Positions 1 through 8,656 of a stretch of DNA of 64,000 nt are shown here, piece by piece. This stretch comes from an uncultured bacterium. Its GTDB lineage: Bacteria; Actinomycetota; Acidimicrobiia; Spongiisociales; UBA5794. The stretch lies in NCBI GenBank assembly GCA_963801165.1, contig CAWDDT010000009.1, positions 32,001-96,000 of the forward strand, in the 5' to 3' direction. Every line of letters begins with the position of its first letter. Within the stretch, counting starts at the first letter, position 1. Below the pieces are notes generated by a model. That model saw only the letters and a list, made by a program, of their open reading frames with translations. It did not search any database and was not told where the DNA came from. Position numbers and translations under genes: made by a program.

Positions 1-8
1 CCCGGATA

Positions 9-662
9 ATGGGCAAGAGGTCATATCACGCACCGCGTCGTGACGAGCAGGCCCGGGAAACGAGGGCCGCGATGATCGGGGCCGCTCACCGGCTGTTCGT
101 CGAAAGGGGTTATGCCGGCACCTCGATCCGTGAGATCGCCGACGAGTCGAGGGTTGCTGAACAGACCGTCTACCGGGTCTTCGACAACAAGGCAACGCTT
201 CTCCGTGAGGTTCTGCTGACCGCGGTCTCGGGCCGGGACCCGGCTGCGCCGGTCCGCGACATGGACGACTTCCTGGCGTCGGTGGCGACGGCGCAAACGC
301 CGCGCGACCGCATCCGGATAGTGGCATCTTGGAGCGCCGGCGTGTACGAGCGGGGGGCTGCCGAACTCGAGGAGGTGGTCTTCGCCGGAGCCGCGGCTGA
401 CCCGAGGGTCGAGGAGTTGTCGCTATTCATCCGGCAGCAGCGCTACGAGGACATCAGGGCACTGGTACCGGCAGTAGCCGGTGACGCCGGCCCGCCTTTT
501 GGTATGACTTTCGATGACATCGCCGATTACATCTATGCCGTCTGGTCGAGCCCCGTGTACCGGATGCTCGTCAAGGAGAGGGGATGGGCGCTCGACAAGT
601 ACATCGATTGGTGCGCCGTAATGGTCGAGCGGATGTTCTTCGGCAATGTGGCGCAAAGCTGA
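9..662 (+). CDS. TetR/AcrR family transcriptional regulator
   Basis: N-terminal TetR HTH (AAHRLFVERGYAGTSIREIADESRVAEQTVYRVF..K); 217 aa. Confidence 0.9.
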   Translation: MGKRSYHAPRRDEQARETRAAMIGAAHRLFVERGYAGTSIREIADESRVAEQTVYRVFDNKATLLREVLLTAVSGRDPAAPVRDMDDFLASVATAQTPRDRIRIVASWSAGVYERGAAELEEVVFAGAAADPRVEELSLFIRQQRYEDIRALVPAVAGDAGPPFGMTFDDIADYIYAVWSSPVYRMLVKERGWALDKYIDWCAVMVERMFFGNVAQS

Positions 663-693
663 GGCGTGCGTCGCGTCTGCGTGAGCCGGTCAA

Positions 694-1260
694 CTACCTG
701 CCCGAGCCCTCGGTCGGGTAGTCGTACTTCTTTGGGTAGCCCAGGGCCCGGGCCAGTGGCCCCATGACGGCGAATCCCATCTTCTGGAGAAGCAGCGGGG
801 GTTGGGTCGCGTAGAACGTATCGCTCCAGAACTGCGGGAGGACCCGCGACAGCCTCAGCACACTTTGCTTGCCTGTCGAGTCGACGAAGCCGAGTCGACC
901 CAGCGCAAACATGGTCTCTAGCAGGTCAACCATTGCCAGCTGCGGTGATGCCTCGATCTCGAGGATCACGTCGGATTCTGATTCGTTCCAGAAGCAATGG
1001 CGTGTGCCCGGTGCGACCGTCAGCTTCTCCTCGGGTTGGAACACTCGACGTTGACCGTCGATCAAAGCGGTGAGGGTTCCGGAGGTCACGCAAAACGACT
1101 CCGACAGCTTGGGATGAACGTGCTCGCGTGGACCAGACGCTCCGGGTGCCAGGTGAAGTGTGAAACCCAACGATGATGCAGATGCCCCGAACGGCTGGTT
1201 GAAGGTGATCCTCTCGCCAGAGGTCGGGTTCTCGATTGTGTCTCCGGATCGGATCGACAT
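694..1260 (-). CDS. Cupin domain protein
   Basis: Cupin motifs EHVHP..SESFCV and PGTRHCFWN; SD AGGAGG upstream. Confidence 0.85.
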   Translation of the reverse strand: MSIRSGDTIENPTSGERITFNQPFGASASSLGFTLHLAPGASGPREHVHPKLSESFCVTSGTLTALIDGQRRVFQPEEKLTVAPGTRHCFWNESESDVILEIEASPQLAMVDLLETMFALGRLGFVDSTGKQSVLRLSRVLPQFWSDTFYATQPPLLLQKMGFAVMGPLARALGYPKKYDYPTEGSGR

Positions 1261-1287
1261 ACCCCCTCCTATAACGGTAGTTGTACT

Positions 1288-1315
1288 ATTATGACAGTAG
1301 GGACACTACTGTCAA
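1288..1315 (-). promoter_or_regulatory. Sigma70-type promoter for the cupin gene with overlapping palindromic operator
   Basis: Minus strand TTGACA (1315-1310), 16 nt, CATAAT (1293-1288). Perfect inverted repeat TGACAGTAG-N5-CTACTGTCA at 1292-1314. Confidence 0.65.
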
Positions 1316-1537
1316 TAGGCTTTGAGATCCGTTGTTCGCCGGGTTGCGAACAAGAAGATCTCAAATTCATTACCAAGTCGAAGTCAGTTCACCGGATATT
1401 CGGCGGCCAGCCGGAAGAGGTCATTTGTCACCTTGACGTCGCATTGGATCCGGTCTTTGCCGGACGTCGAGCTGGGGTTCAGCTGCCGGCACGGTCCGCT
1501 CAATTCGGTTTGCTTGTGCAAAGACCGCGGTTGCGGG

Positions 1538-3076
1538 CTAGACGAGGGCGTGCTTTGCTGCCCACAACGCGGCGGCGCCACGGGTCGAGACCCCGATCTT
1601 TGTGTATATGTGCTCGATGTGGTGTGCAGTCGTCTTGGTCGAGATGACGAGCTCACCGGCGATTGCCTTGGCCGTATAACCGAGGGCGAGCAGCCGCAGT
1701 ACCTCGACCTCACGTGCCGTGAGGCCAGCGGGCCATTGCTTAGTGCGCTTGCGCCGGGTGCGATGGCCGGCAGCAGTGAGAACCGCCTCCACAGTGTCGG
1801 TCTCGAACGCCCCGGCACCGACCCGATCGCGGAGCTGAGCAGCGGCGACCGACGGTTCTTGTGCCGGCCGGTGCGACCTGGGTTGGGTGAGAGCCTGGTA
1901 GACGTCGGCGGCGGCGAGAATCCGCCCGGTGATCGGGAACTGCGCTCCGGCGACTCCACGGTGATAGCCCGATCCGTTGAGACGCTCGTGATGAAACGAA
2001 GCCAGCGAGCCCAGGTCGGCGAGAGGAGAGCCGGCAAGCGCCCGCTCGGTGCGGTACGGGTGCAAGCGGACCTGCTCCCACTCTGGATCGGTCAGCTCGC
2101 CCGGCTTGTCCCAGATCGAGTTGGGTACTCCGCAGCGACCGAGGTCGTGGACGAGGCCGGCACGTCGCACTGCAACGACATCATCCCGCCCGATACCGAG
2201 GTGCTCGGCCGCAGAGCCGGCGAGTTCTGCGACCGCACGGGAGTGCCCGACTGTGAACGGCGACTTCAGGTCGGCGAAATCGGCGAGCACCGTGAGCACG
2301 TCGTCGAGGCCCGCCGCAGGTACCGTCATATGGGGAGCAGGCTCGGCGTCGAGAAGAGCCTCCGGCCCGGATCGCTTGCCAAGCCGGTCGAGGATCTCCG
2401 CCCCTTCTGCGACAAAGGCGGCGGCAACGTTCGGGGCATAGGCACGGCCGGCGCGCCGCCGGGCCATCGCAAGTGCCGTCTCGGTGCCGGAACGGGCGAA
2501 CACCTCGAGCTCCTGTGCGGCATGAACGACGAGCATCGCATGCGGGATTGAATCCCCCGAGACGCCCCACGGCATCCCCCTGCCGTCCCATCGTTCGAAC
2601 GAGAAGTCGAGCGCCGCGGCGAGCCGAGGTTCGAGGCCGAGCCGCGTCACCAGTTCCCGTCCCACCTCGCAGCCGCCGCGAAAGCTGTCTGCGGCTGCAC
2701 GCTTTCCGCCCGCCAGGGCGCGGAGCACGCTTTGGATGCGGGCGGGGCCGCCGCGCTCTGTTCCTGCGTTGCGGATCATCCACCCAAGCACCGCTGGTGC
2801 TGAGCCGTAGTCGAGGGTGATCGCGTCGGCACGCGTTGCGATCTCGTCTCCGAAGAGTGAGGCGACTTCATGGGCGTGACCGGTGCAGCCAACGAAGCGA
2901 AGCTGACCCAGCCAATAGACGTCGGCCAGCTCCTCGCTCCCGGCGCCGAGCGCGCCCGCCAGTTCCATTGCGAGCAGAGTTGTGCGGGCCACGTGGTCAT
3001 CCGGCTGGCCGAAGCACAGGTCGATCGCTCTCGTGAGCGATGAGGTAATCGCGGCCAATCGAATAGACATCATCAT
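1538..3076 (-). CDS. HD-GYP-like domain plus LuxR HTH regulator
   Basis: Tandem HD domains (VHDLGR, HHERLNGSGYH) and C-terminal LuxR HTH (LTAREVEVLRLLA..IS.KT..HIEHIYTKIG). Confidence 0.9.
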   Translation of the reverse strand: MMMSIRLAAITSSLTRAIDLCFGQPDDHVARTTLLAMELAGALGAGSEELADVYWLGQLRFVGCTGHAHEVASLFGDEIATRADAITLDYGSAPAVLGWMIRNAGTERGGPARIQSVLRALAGGKRAAADSFRGGCEVGRELVTRLGLEPRLAAALDFSFERWDGRGMPWGVSGDSIPHAMLVVHAAQELEVFARSGTETALAMARRRAGRAYAPNVAAAFVAEGAEILDRLGKRSGPEALLDAEPAPHMTVPAAGLDDVLTVLADFADLKSPFTVGHSRAVAELAGSAAEHLGIGRDDVVAVRRAGLVHDLGRCGVPNSIWDKPGELTDPEWEQVRLHPYRTERALAGSPLADLGSLASFHHERLNGSGYHRGVAGAQFPITGRILAAADVYQALTQPRSHRPAQEPSVAAAQLRDRVGAGAFETDTVEAVLTAAGHRTRRKRTKQWPAGLTAREVEVLRLLALGYTAKAIAGELVISTKTTAHHIEHIYTKIGVSTRGAAALWAAKHALV

Positions 3077-3210
3077 TCAGGCTACATCCGTCGTGGCCGG
3101 GGGCTCGTTGGTCAGGTCCGTGTCGGAAAATGGGGAGTTTGCCCGATGAACTGCGTCCCCAGGCACCTTACGGTCGACAGCGTCCATCCGAACTAGAGAG
3201 AGGATCAACC

Positions 3211-3651
3211 ATGGACAACCAGAACGTCGCCGTCGTACTCCGCTACTACGAGGCCTTCAATACGCGGGACTATGCGATCTATACCGAGCTGTTCGCACCC
3301 GACGCTGAGAAGCTCGTCCCCGGCATGCCGCAACCCGAGAAGGTGGGCATCGAGGGCATGGTCGCTTTCGATCGGGCTTTCGCCGAAGGCTTCTCCGATG
3401 CGCGCATCGACTGTCTGGTCACAATTGGCTCGGGAGATCATGTGATGAGCGAAAACCGATTCACGGGCACACACGACGGCACCTTTCACACACCTATGGG
3501 CGACGCTCCGGCGACCGGCAACCATGCGGACTCTCGCTACGTCGGAACCTTCCTCGTCCGCGACGGCCGCATTGTCTCGCACCATACGTATTTCGACCAG
3601 GCCGAGATGGCGGCGGGAGTCGGTCTTGCTCCCCCGCTGCCATCGCTGTGA
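3211..3651 (+). CDS. SnoaL-like / ester cyclase family protein
   Basis: NTF2-like pattern (FTGTHDGTF...PATG, DGRIVSH.TYFD). ATG at 3211 follows AGAGGA; divergent from the HD-LuxR gene. Confidence 0.85.
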   Translation: MDNQNVAVVLRYYEAFNTRDYAIYTELFAPDAEKLVPGMPQPEKVGIEGMVAFDRAFAEGFSDARIDCLVTIGSGDHVMSENRFTGTHDGTFHTPMGDAPATGNHADSRYVGTFLVRDGRIVSHHTYFDQAEMAAGVGLAPPLPSL

Positions 3652-3861
3652 CCGAGTCCGTCCGTGGCGTTGCGCCAAAGAGGCACCGCGGGATGGCGTC
3701 TGCCCTTTCGCCGCCGTTGTCGGGCGTCGCTGCGACCAATCCATGTCCAACTATTACTAGCAATAAATCTGTCGTGTGAGCGAGCACCGAGGGAATCCGC
3801 GTCGTATAGTGGAATAGTAAATGACTGTACATTTACATAAGTTCGGTTCTTCAGATTGGAC

Positions 3862-4350
3862 ATGCGCATGTTTCGAAGAATCACCTCCGCCATCGCTACC
3901 GTTGCCCTGATCGCCTTCTTCGTGGCCGCTTGCTCCAGCGACTCGACCACGACGACGACAACAGCCGCAGCATCGTCGACGACTGCAGCCAATGCCTCGG
4001 GAACGATCACCGTCACCCTGGCCGATGTTGATGCCAATACCATGCTGCTCACTCCTACCCCAACTAGTGCGCCCGCCGGCGAGGTGACGTTTGAGGTCAC
4101 CAACAGCGGCGACAGGGAGCACGAGTTCGTTGTCGTCCAGACCGACCTGGCTCTGGCTGATCTCCCCTTCGACGCGGCGGCTGACGAGGTCCTCGAGGAC
4201 GAAATGACGGTCGTCGATGAGATCGGAAGCATCATGCCGGGCGAGACCAAGACTCTCACCGTGACCCTGGAGTCAGGGGGCTATGCCTTGATCTGCAACC
4301 TCGAGGGCCACTTCCGCAAGGGAATGCGGGCAGCCTTCACCGTCAACTAG
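3862..4350 (+). CDS. Blue-copper (cupredoxin) lipoprotein
   Basis: Lipobox FVAAC, Thr-rich linker, type-1 Cu ligands (HEFVV...C-NLEG-H-FRKG-M). Start could be 3856, 3862 or 3868. Confidence 0.85.
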   Translation: MRMFRRITSAIATVALIAFFVAACSSDSTTTTTTAAASSTTAANASGTITVTLADVDANTMLLTPTPTSAPAGEVTFEVTNSGDREHEFVVVQTDLALADLPFDAAADEVLEDEMTVVDEIGSIMPGETKTLTVTLESGGYALICNLEGHFRKGMRAAFTVN

Positions 4351-4437
4351 GGGGGCGTTCATTTCGGTGGCCGGCTCGTCCGTGGCCACCGTGCGGAAGC
4401 AGGTTGGGAGGCGTTTCTCATCACGACAGCACGCACG

Positions 4438-4650
4438 ATGAAGTGGGGGCAGGGCGCTGCTTGGGCGCTTGTCATCTTCGCCTATTTCGCCGTGTTCACC
4501 GTGTGGTTGCCTTCGCGAATCCTCCACCTGTCTGCTGTTGCGAGCGCCCCGGCGGCGATTCACGATCTCATCGGAGCGGGGGCCTGGCTCGCTCTCTTCG
4601 TCATCGGGATGTGGGCACTGCGCCGCCTGCAGTCGAGAGGTCGGATCTGA
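4438..4650 (+). CDS. Small two-helix membrane protein
   Basis: 70 aa with two hydrophobic segments; its TGA overlaps the next ATG at 4650. Confidence 0.65.
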   Translation: MKWGQGAAWALVIFAYFAVFTVWLPSRILHLSAVASAPAAIHDLIGAGAWLALFVIGMWALRRLQSRGRI

Positions 4651-6434
4651 TGAAGGCGTTGAGCTTCTTCGACGAGAACATCCCGTGCCTCGCGGCATGC
4701 CCTGTGCACACCAATGCAGGGGCATACGTCGCGGCGATTGCCGACGGGTACGACCAACAGTCATACCTGACCGCCCGGCTCCCCAACCCGTTTGCATCTG
4801 TTTGCGGCCGGGTCTGCGCCGCCCCCTGTGAAGATGCGTGCCGGCGAGGAGAGATCGACCGTCCGATCGCCATCCGTGCGTTGAAGAGATTCGTTACCGA
4901 GCAGTACGGGGTAGAAGCAGGACCCGACTCGGAGTGGGGCGACGTCGTTGCCGCTCCCGCCCAGGAGAGACGCGAGCGCGTCGCCATCGTGGGTGGTGGC
5001 CCGGCCGGCCTATCGGCGGCCCACGACCTGCGACGCATCGGCTATCAGGTCACACTCTTTGAAGCCGCGGGGGTGCTGGGGGGAATGATGGTTCTGGGGA
5101 TCCCCGAGTATCGGCTCGATCGGAGACTCCTGCACGCAGAGATCGATGCCATCCTCGCGCTCGGTGTGGACGTTCGGCTGAGTACCCGTCTTGGCACCGA
5201 CGTCACCCTCGATGAGTTGCGCGATGACTACGACGCCGTCTTCCTGGCTCTCGGGGCGACCCGGGGCAGGGATCTCGACATCGAAGGCCACCAGGCAGAC
5301 GGGGTGATCCGTGCGTTGGAATTCCTGATCAACATCAACCAGGGCTTCCACGTCGACGTCGGCGAGCGGGTGGTCGTCATCGGCGGCGGCAACGTTGCAA
5401 TGGACGCGGCCAGGACGGCTCTGCGGGCCGACGAATACCTGACCATGCGTGAGGGTGCGGATCGATACGAAGCCCGCGAGGAGCGCGGCCTCATCACCCA
5501 AGCCGTGGACGCGGCGCGAACCGCCGTGCGCGCAGGCGCTCACGAGGTCACGGTGGTATCACTCGAGTCGCAGGCAGAGATGCCCGCCGATGAGTTCGAA
5601 GTCCACGAGGCAGCGGTGGAGGGTATCGACTTCCTCCACAGAAGGGGCCCGTCCCGGATCCTGACCGAAGGAGATGTCGTCGTGGGTTTAGAAACCATCG
5701 GTGTCAAGTCGGTCTTCGATACGAGCGGTCGGTTTGCCCCGGTGTTCGATCCGGATGACCGGAGGGTGATCCCGTGCGATACGGTGATCCTCGCCATCGG
5801 ACAATCAGTTGACATTGAGGCTCTCGGAGAGGCAGGGCCCGTGATCTCGCCGCGCCGCACGATTCAAACGAACGATGATTCGAGCACGTCGTTGCACGGG
5901 GTTTGGGCCGGCGGTGACGCCGCAGCCGGGCCGCGCAACTTGATCGATGCGATCGCAGATGGCCGTCGCGCGGCCGCGGCGATCCATACACAGCTCAGCG
6001 GCGCCGAAGCCGAAAAGCCGGCCGAGGGTCAGATGATCGTTCTGGAGCAGTTCCACCGCACCGAGGACCTCTACGATCGGGTGCCGCGCACGCCCGTGCC
6101 CTCTCTTCCTACGGGTCGTCGCGTCGGTCTGCGCGAGGTCGAGCTCGGGTTCACGGAAGCGGAAGCTCGCTGCGAGGCTGCGCGGTGTCTGCGCTGTTTC
6201 GTCAACGTGTTGCTCGATGTCGATCGGTGCGTGCTTTGCGGCCTGTGCGTCGATGTGTGTCCCGTCGACGTCTTATCGATTGTGCCCGCCGCCGAGGTTG
6301 CGCCTGACCTTCCCGTGGGCACCGCTCTGCTTCTGGATGAGGTTGCGTGTATCCGCTGCGCCCTGTGCATCGACCGATGTCCAACTAACGCACTGTCGAT
6401 GGGTTTGTGGTCGGGAATCGGGGTGCCGGCGTGA
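4650..6434 (+). CDS. FAD/NAD-dependent iron-sulfur oxidoreductase (GltD/DsrL-like) with C-terminal 2x[4Fe-4S] ferredoxin
   Basis: PCLAACP...CGRVCAAPCEDAC, FAD motif GGGPAG, GGGNVAMD, GGDAA, EAARCLRC, then CVLCGLCVDVCP and CIRCALCIDRCP. Start set by TGATG coupling. Confidence 0.9.
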   Translation: MKALSFFDENIPCLAACPVHTNAGAYVAAIADGYDQQSYLTARLPNPFASVCGRVCAAPCEDACRRGEIDRPIAIRALKRFVTEQYGVEAGPDSEWGDVVAAPAQERRERVAIVGGGPAGLSAAHDLRRIGYQVTLFEAAGVLGGMMVLGIPEYRLDRRLLHAEIDAILALGVDVRLSTRLGTDVTLDELRDDYDAVFLALGATRGRDLDIEGHQADGVIRALEFLININQGFHVDVGERVVVIGGGNVAMDAARTALRADEYLTMREGADRYEAREERGLITQAVDAARTAVRAGAHEVTVVSLESQAEMPADEFEVHEAAVEGIDFLHRRGPSRILTEGDVVVGLETIGVKSVFDTSGRFAPVFDPDDRRVIPCDTVILAIGQSVDIEALGEAGPVISPRRTIQTNDDSSTSLHGVWAGGDAAAGPRNLIDAIADGRRAAAAIHTQLSGAEAEKPAEGQMIVLEQFHRTEDLYDRVPRTPVPSLPTGRRVGLREVELGFTEAEARCEAARCLRCFVNVLLDVDRCVLCGLCVDVCPVDVLSIVPAAEVAPDLPVGTALLLDEVACIRCALCIDRCPTNALSMGLWSGIGVPA

Positions 6435-7165
6435 GCATGGGCAGTCGCTTCCGCAACAGCACATTGGGCAGGTCCATCATCCGCAACCCCGACAGGGTGA
6501 CGACCCGTGATCGGGCCGCAGGCCACTGGTCAAACTTCTTCCTCCACATCTACCCGGTGAAGATTCGGCGAGAAGAGCTGGCTTTCAAGTATTCCTGGTA
6601 CCTGGGGGTGGCGTCGGCCACGCTCTTCATCTCGCTCATCGTCTCCGGTGTCTATTTGATGTTCTTCTATGTGCCATCGCCGGGCACGGCATACGGGGAC
6701 ATCCAATCCCTCCAGACGCAGGTCGCTTTCGGGCAGTACATCCGCAACGTGCATCGCTGGTCGGCGCACCTCATGATCATCGCGGTCGCGGCGCACATGG
6801 CCAGGGTGTTCTACCGCGGGGCCTACAAGTCGCCACGGGAGTTCAACTGGGTGATCGGCGTCGTGCTGCTGGTTCTCACTTTCTTGTTCTCTTTCACCGG
6901 GTATCTCCTGCCCTGGGATCAGCTGGCCTACTGGGCGGTCACGGTGGGAACGTCGATGGCCGCATACGTGCCGCTTGTCGGTAAGTCCGCCTCGAATATG
7001 CTCCTTGGAGGCAACGAGGTGGGCTCGGCGACGCTCCTTCGCTTCTACGTGCTCCACGTCGCGGTGTTGCCCACCCTCATGGTCACATTGATTGCGATCC
7101 ACCTATGGCGCTGGCGCAAGGATTCCATGCTCGACACGGGCGGGCAAGATCGGGGAGAGTCCTGA
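6431..7165 (+). CDS. Cytochrome b6-like N-terminal subunit of a Rieske/cytochrome b complex
   Basis: Heme His pairs HRWSAHLMIIAVAAH and HVAVLPTLMVTLIAIH; FTGYLLPWDQLAYWA. GTG overlaps the upstream TGA. Confidence 0.92.
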   Translation: MSMGSRFRNSTLGRSIIRNPDRVTTRDRAAGHWSNFFLHIYPVKIRREELAFKYSWYLGVASATLFISLIVSGVYLMFFYVPSPGTAYGDIQSLQTQVAFGQYIRNVHRWSAHLMIIAVAAHMARVFYRGAYKSPREFNWVIGVVLLVLTFLFSFTGYLLPWDQLAYWAVTVGTSMAAYVPLVGKSASNMLLGGNEVGSATLLRFYVLHVAVLPTLMVTLIAIHLWRWRKDSMLDTGGQDRGES

Positions 7166-7686
7166 TGGCCGACGAACAGCCGATCATCGTCGGGGGCAAG
7201 CGGGTTCTCGGGGTCGTCCCCGGAACGCCCGCGGCGGGCGATCGGAAGGTGCCGGAAGAGCAGGACTCGGTGATGGTATGGCCGCACCTTCTCGTGCGCC
7301 ACGCGGTGACAGCTCTTGCGGTGCTCTTCCTGGTGTTGTTGTTGGCCCTTGCCTTCGATGCACCTTTGCGGTCCATCGCCAACCCGAACCTGACGCCGAA
7401 CCCGGAGAAGGCCCCCTGGTACTTTGCGGGCCTTCAGGAGCTCCTGAGCCATTTCCATCCCATGGTGGCAGGCATCCTCGTTCCGGCAGGCATCGTTGTA
7501 GGTGCCATGGCGCTCCCTTATCTCGATAGGAGCCCGGAGACGAGCCCACGTCGTCGCAAGGTTGCCGTCCTGACATTCACGGTCTTCCTTGCTGCCTGGA
7601 TTGCGATCACGCTCATCGGCTTTGCCTTCAGGGGCCCGGACTGGAGCTGGGTATGGCCGTGGCAATCGTGGTATGGAGAGTTATGA
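7165..7686 (+). CDS. Cytochrome b subunit IV-like (split cytochrome b C-terminal part)
   Basis: WPHLL, ANPNLTPNPEKAPWYF, LPYLD; three TM helices; translationally coupled. Confidence 0.88.
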   Translation: MADEQPIIVGGKRVLGVVPGTPAAGDRKVPEEQDSVMVWPHLLVRHAVTALAVLFLVLLLALAFDAPLRSIANPNLTPNPEKAPWYFAGLQELLSHFHPMVAGILVPAGIVVGAMALPYLDRSPETSPRRRKVAVLTFTVFLAAWIAITLIGFAFRGPDWSWVWPWQSWYGEL

Positions 7687-8192
7687 CTGAGCAACAACTC
7701 CACACGAGAAGAGCGTTTCTCTCCCGGATGTGGGAGATCGGCGCATCACTCATGGCTGTGGCCGGTGCGTGGACGACGTGGGACATCCTGCGCCCGTCGG
7801 CTTCGGCGAGCCAATCCGGGCCGGTGCGGACCATCCCTGCCGCGGCGGTGCCCGGCACCGGCGTGATTGAAATCGCAGCCGCACGAGCGTACTTGACCAA
7901 GGAGGGAGACGCAGTTGTCGCTCTGTCGTGGAAGTGCCCCCATCTCGGGTGTCGCGTGCCGTGGTGTGACTCGTCGCAGGAGTTCGAGTGCCCGTGCCAT
8001 GGCTCGATCTTCAATCGAGTGGGCGAGCGCCGGGAGGGGCCTGCGCCGCGAGGAATGGATAGGTTTGCGGTTACCACAGAGGACGGGGTACTCGTCATCG
8101 ATCCCAACACGGTGATCAGCGGCCCACCACCGGGAAAAGAGACCATCGACGAGCCTCCCGCGGGCCCGCGATGTGTGGGAGGGGGTTCCTGA
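7683..8192 (+). CDS. Rieske [2Fe-2S] protein
   Basis: Tat-like TRRAFL anchor; CPHLGC and CPCHGS boxes; GPAPR. Confidence 0.93.
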   Translation: MTEQQLHTRRAFLSRMWEIGASLMAVAGAWTTWDILRPSASASQSGPVRTIPAAAVPGTGVIEIAAARAYLTKEGDAVVALSWKCPHLGCRVPWCDSSQEFECPCHGSIFNRVGERREGPAPRGMDRFAVTTEDGVLVIDPNTVISGPPPGKETIDEPPAGPRCVGGGS

Positions 8193-8641
8193 TGGCTGAG
8201 CACGTCGACCCCGAACTGGAAGCGTCGACGCGGCGATGGATGCAGGCGGGCGTCGTGCTGATGGTTCTCTTTGCGGTCGCGTTTCCCCTTTATCGGTTCT
8301 ATGAGCCCGAGGCGCGGGCCGCGGCGAGGGACCGCCAACTTGCTGATCTTCAGGCCGAGGGGCAGAACGTATACCTGGACAGTTGCAGCTCGTGCCATGG
8401 ATCGGACGGTGAAGGGGTGGATGCCCCCGCGCTCAACTCGAAACAGTTCCTGACCGATGCGACCCATAGCCAGATCGCATCCATCGCAGCCCACGGTATC
8501 CCAGGATCTGAGATGCCGGCATGGAGTGTCGACTACGGTGGCCCGCTGACTTCGGAACAGATCGATGCGGCGGCAAGCTTCATCGAGTCGTGGAAACCCA
8601 ACGCGCCTGATCGGCCTGACTGGCGAACGATCGGGGAGTGA
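8192..8641 (+). CDS. Membrane-anchored monoheme cytochrome c
   Basis: N-terminal TM helix, CSSCH, distal Met in EMPAW. Confidence 0.9.
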   Translation: MAEHVDPELEASTRRWMQAGVVLMVLFAVAFPLYRFYEPEARAAARDRQLADLQAEGQNVYLDSCSSCHGSDGEGVDAPALNSKQFLTDATHSQIASIAAHGIPGSEMPAWSVDYGGPLTSEQIDAAASFIESWKPNAPDRPDWRTIGE

Positions 8642-8656
8642 CGCAAAAGCTCCTTC

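Noticed and set aside
1384-1535. Possible gene remnant ending DRIQCDVKVTNDLFRLAAEYPVN
   Set aside because: Looks protein-like, but I cannot assign a family or a start.
1322-2551. 409-aa plus-strand ORF and many other long antisense ORFs (e.g. 10004-11161, 14304-15590, 55985-57565)
   Set aside because: Shadow frames of well-supported genes in high-GC DNA; no motifs and Arg/Gly-rich composition.
4404-4649. N-terminal extension of the flavoprotein in the ORF track
   Set aside because: Overlaps the better 4438-4650 membrane ORF; the true start is the coupled ATG at 4650.
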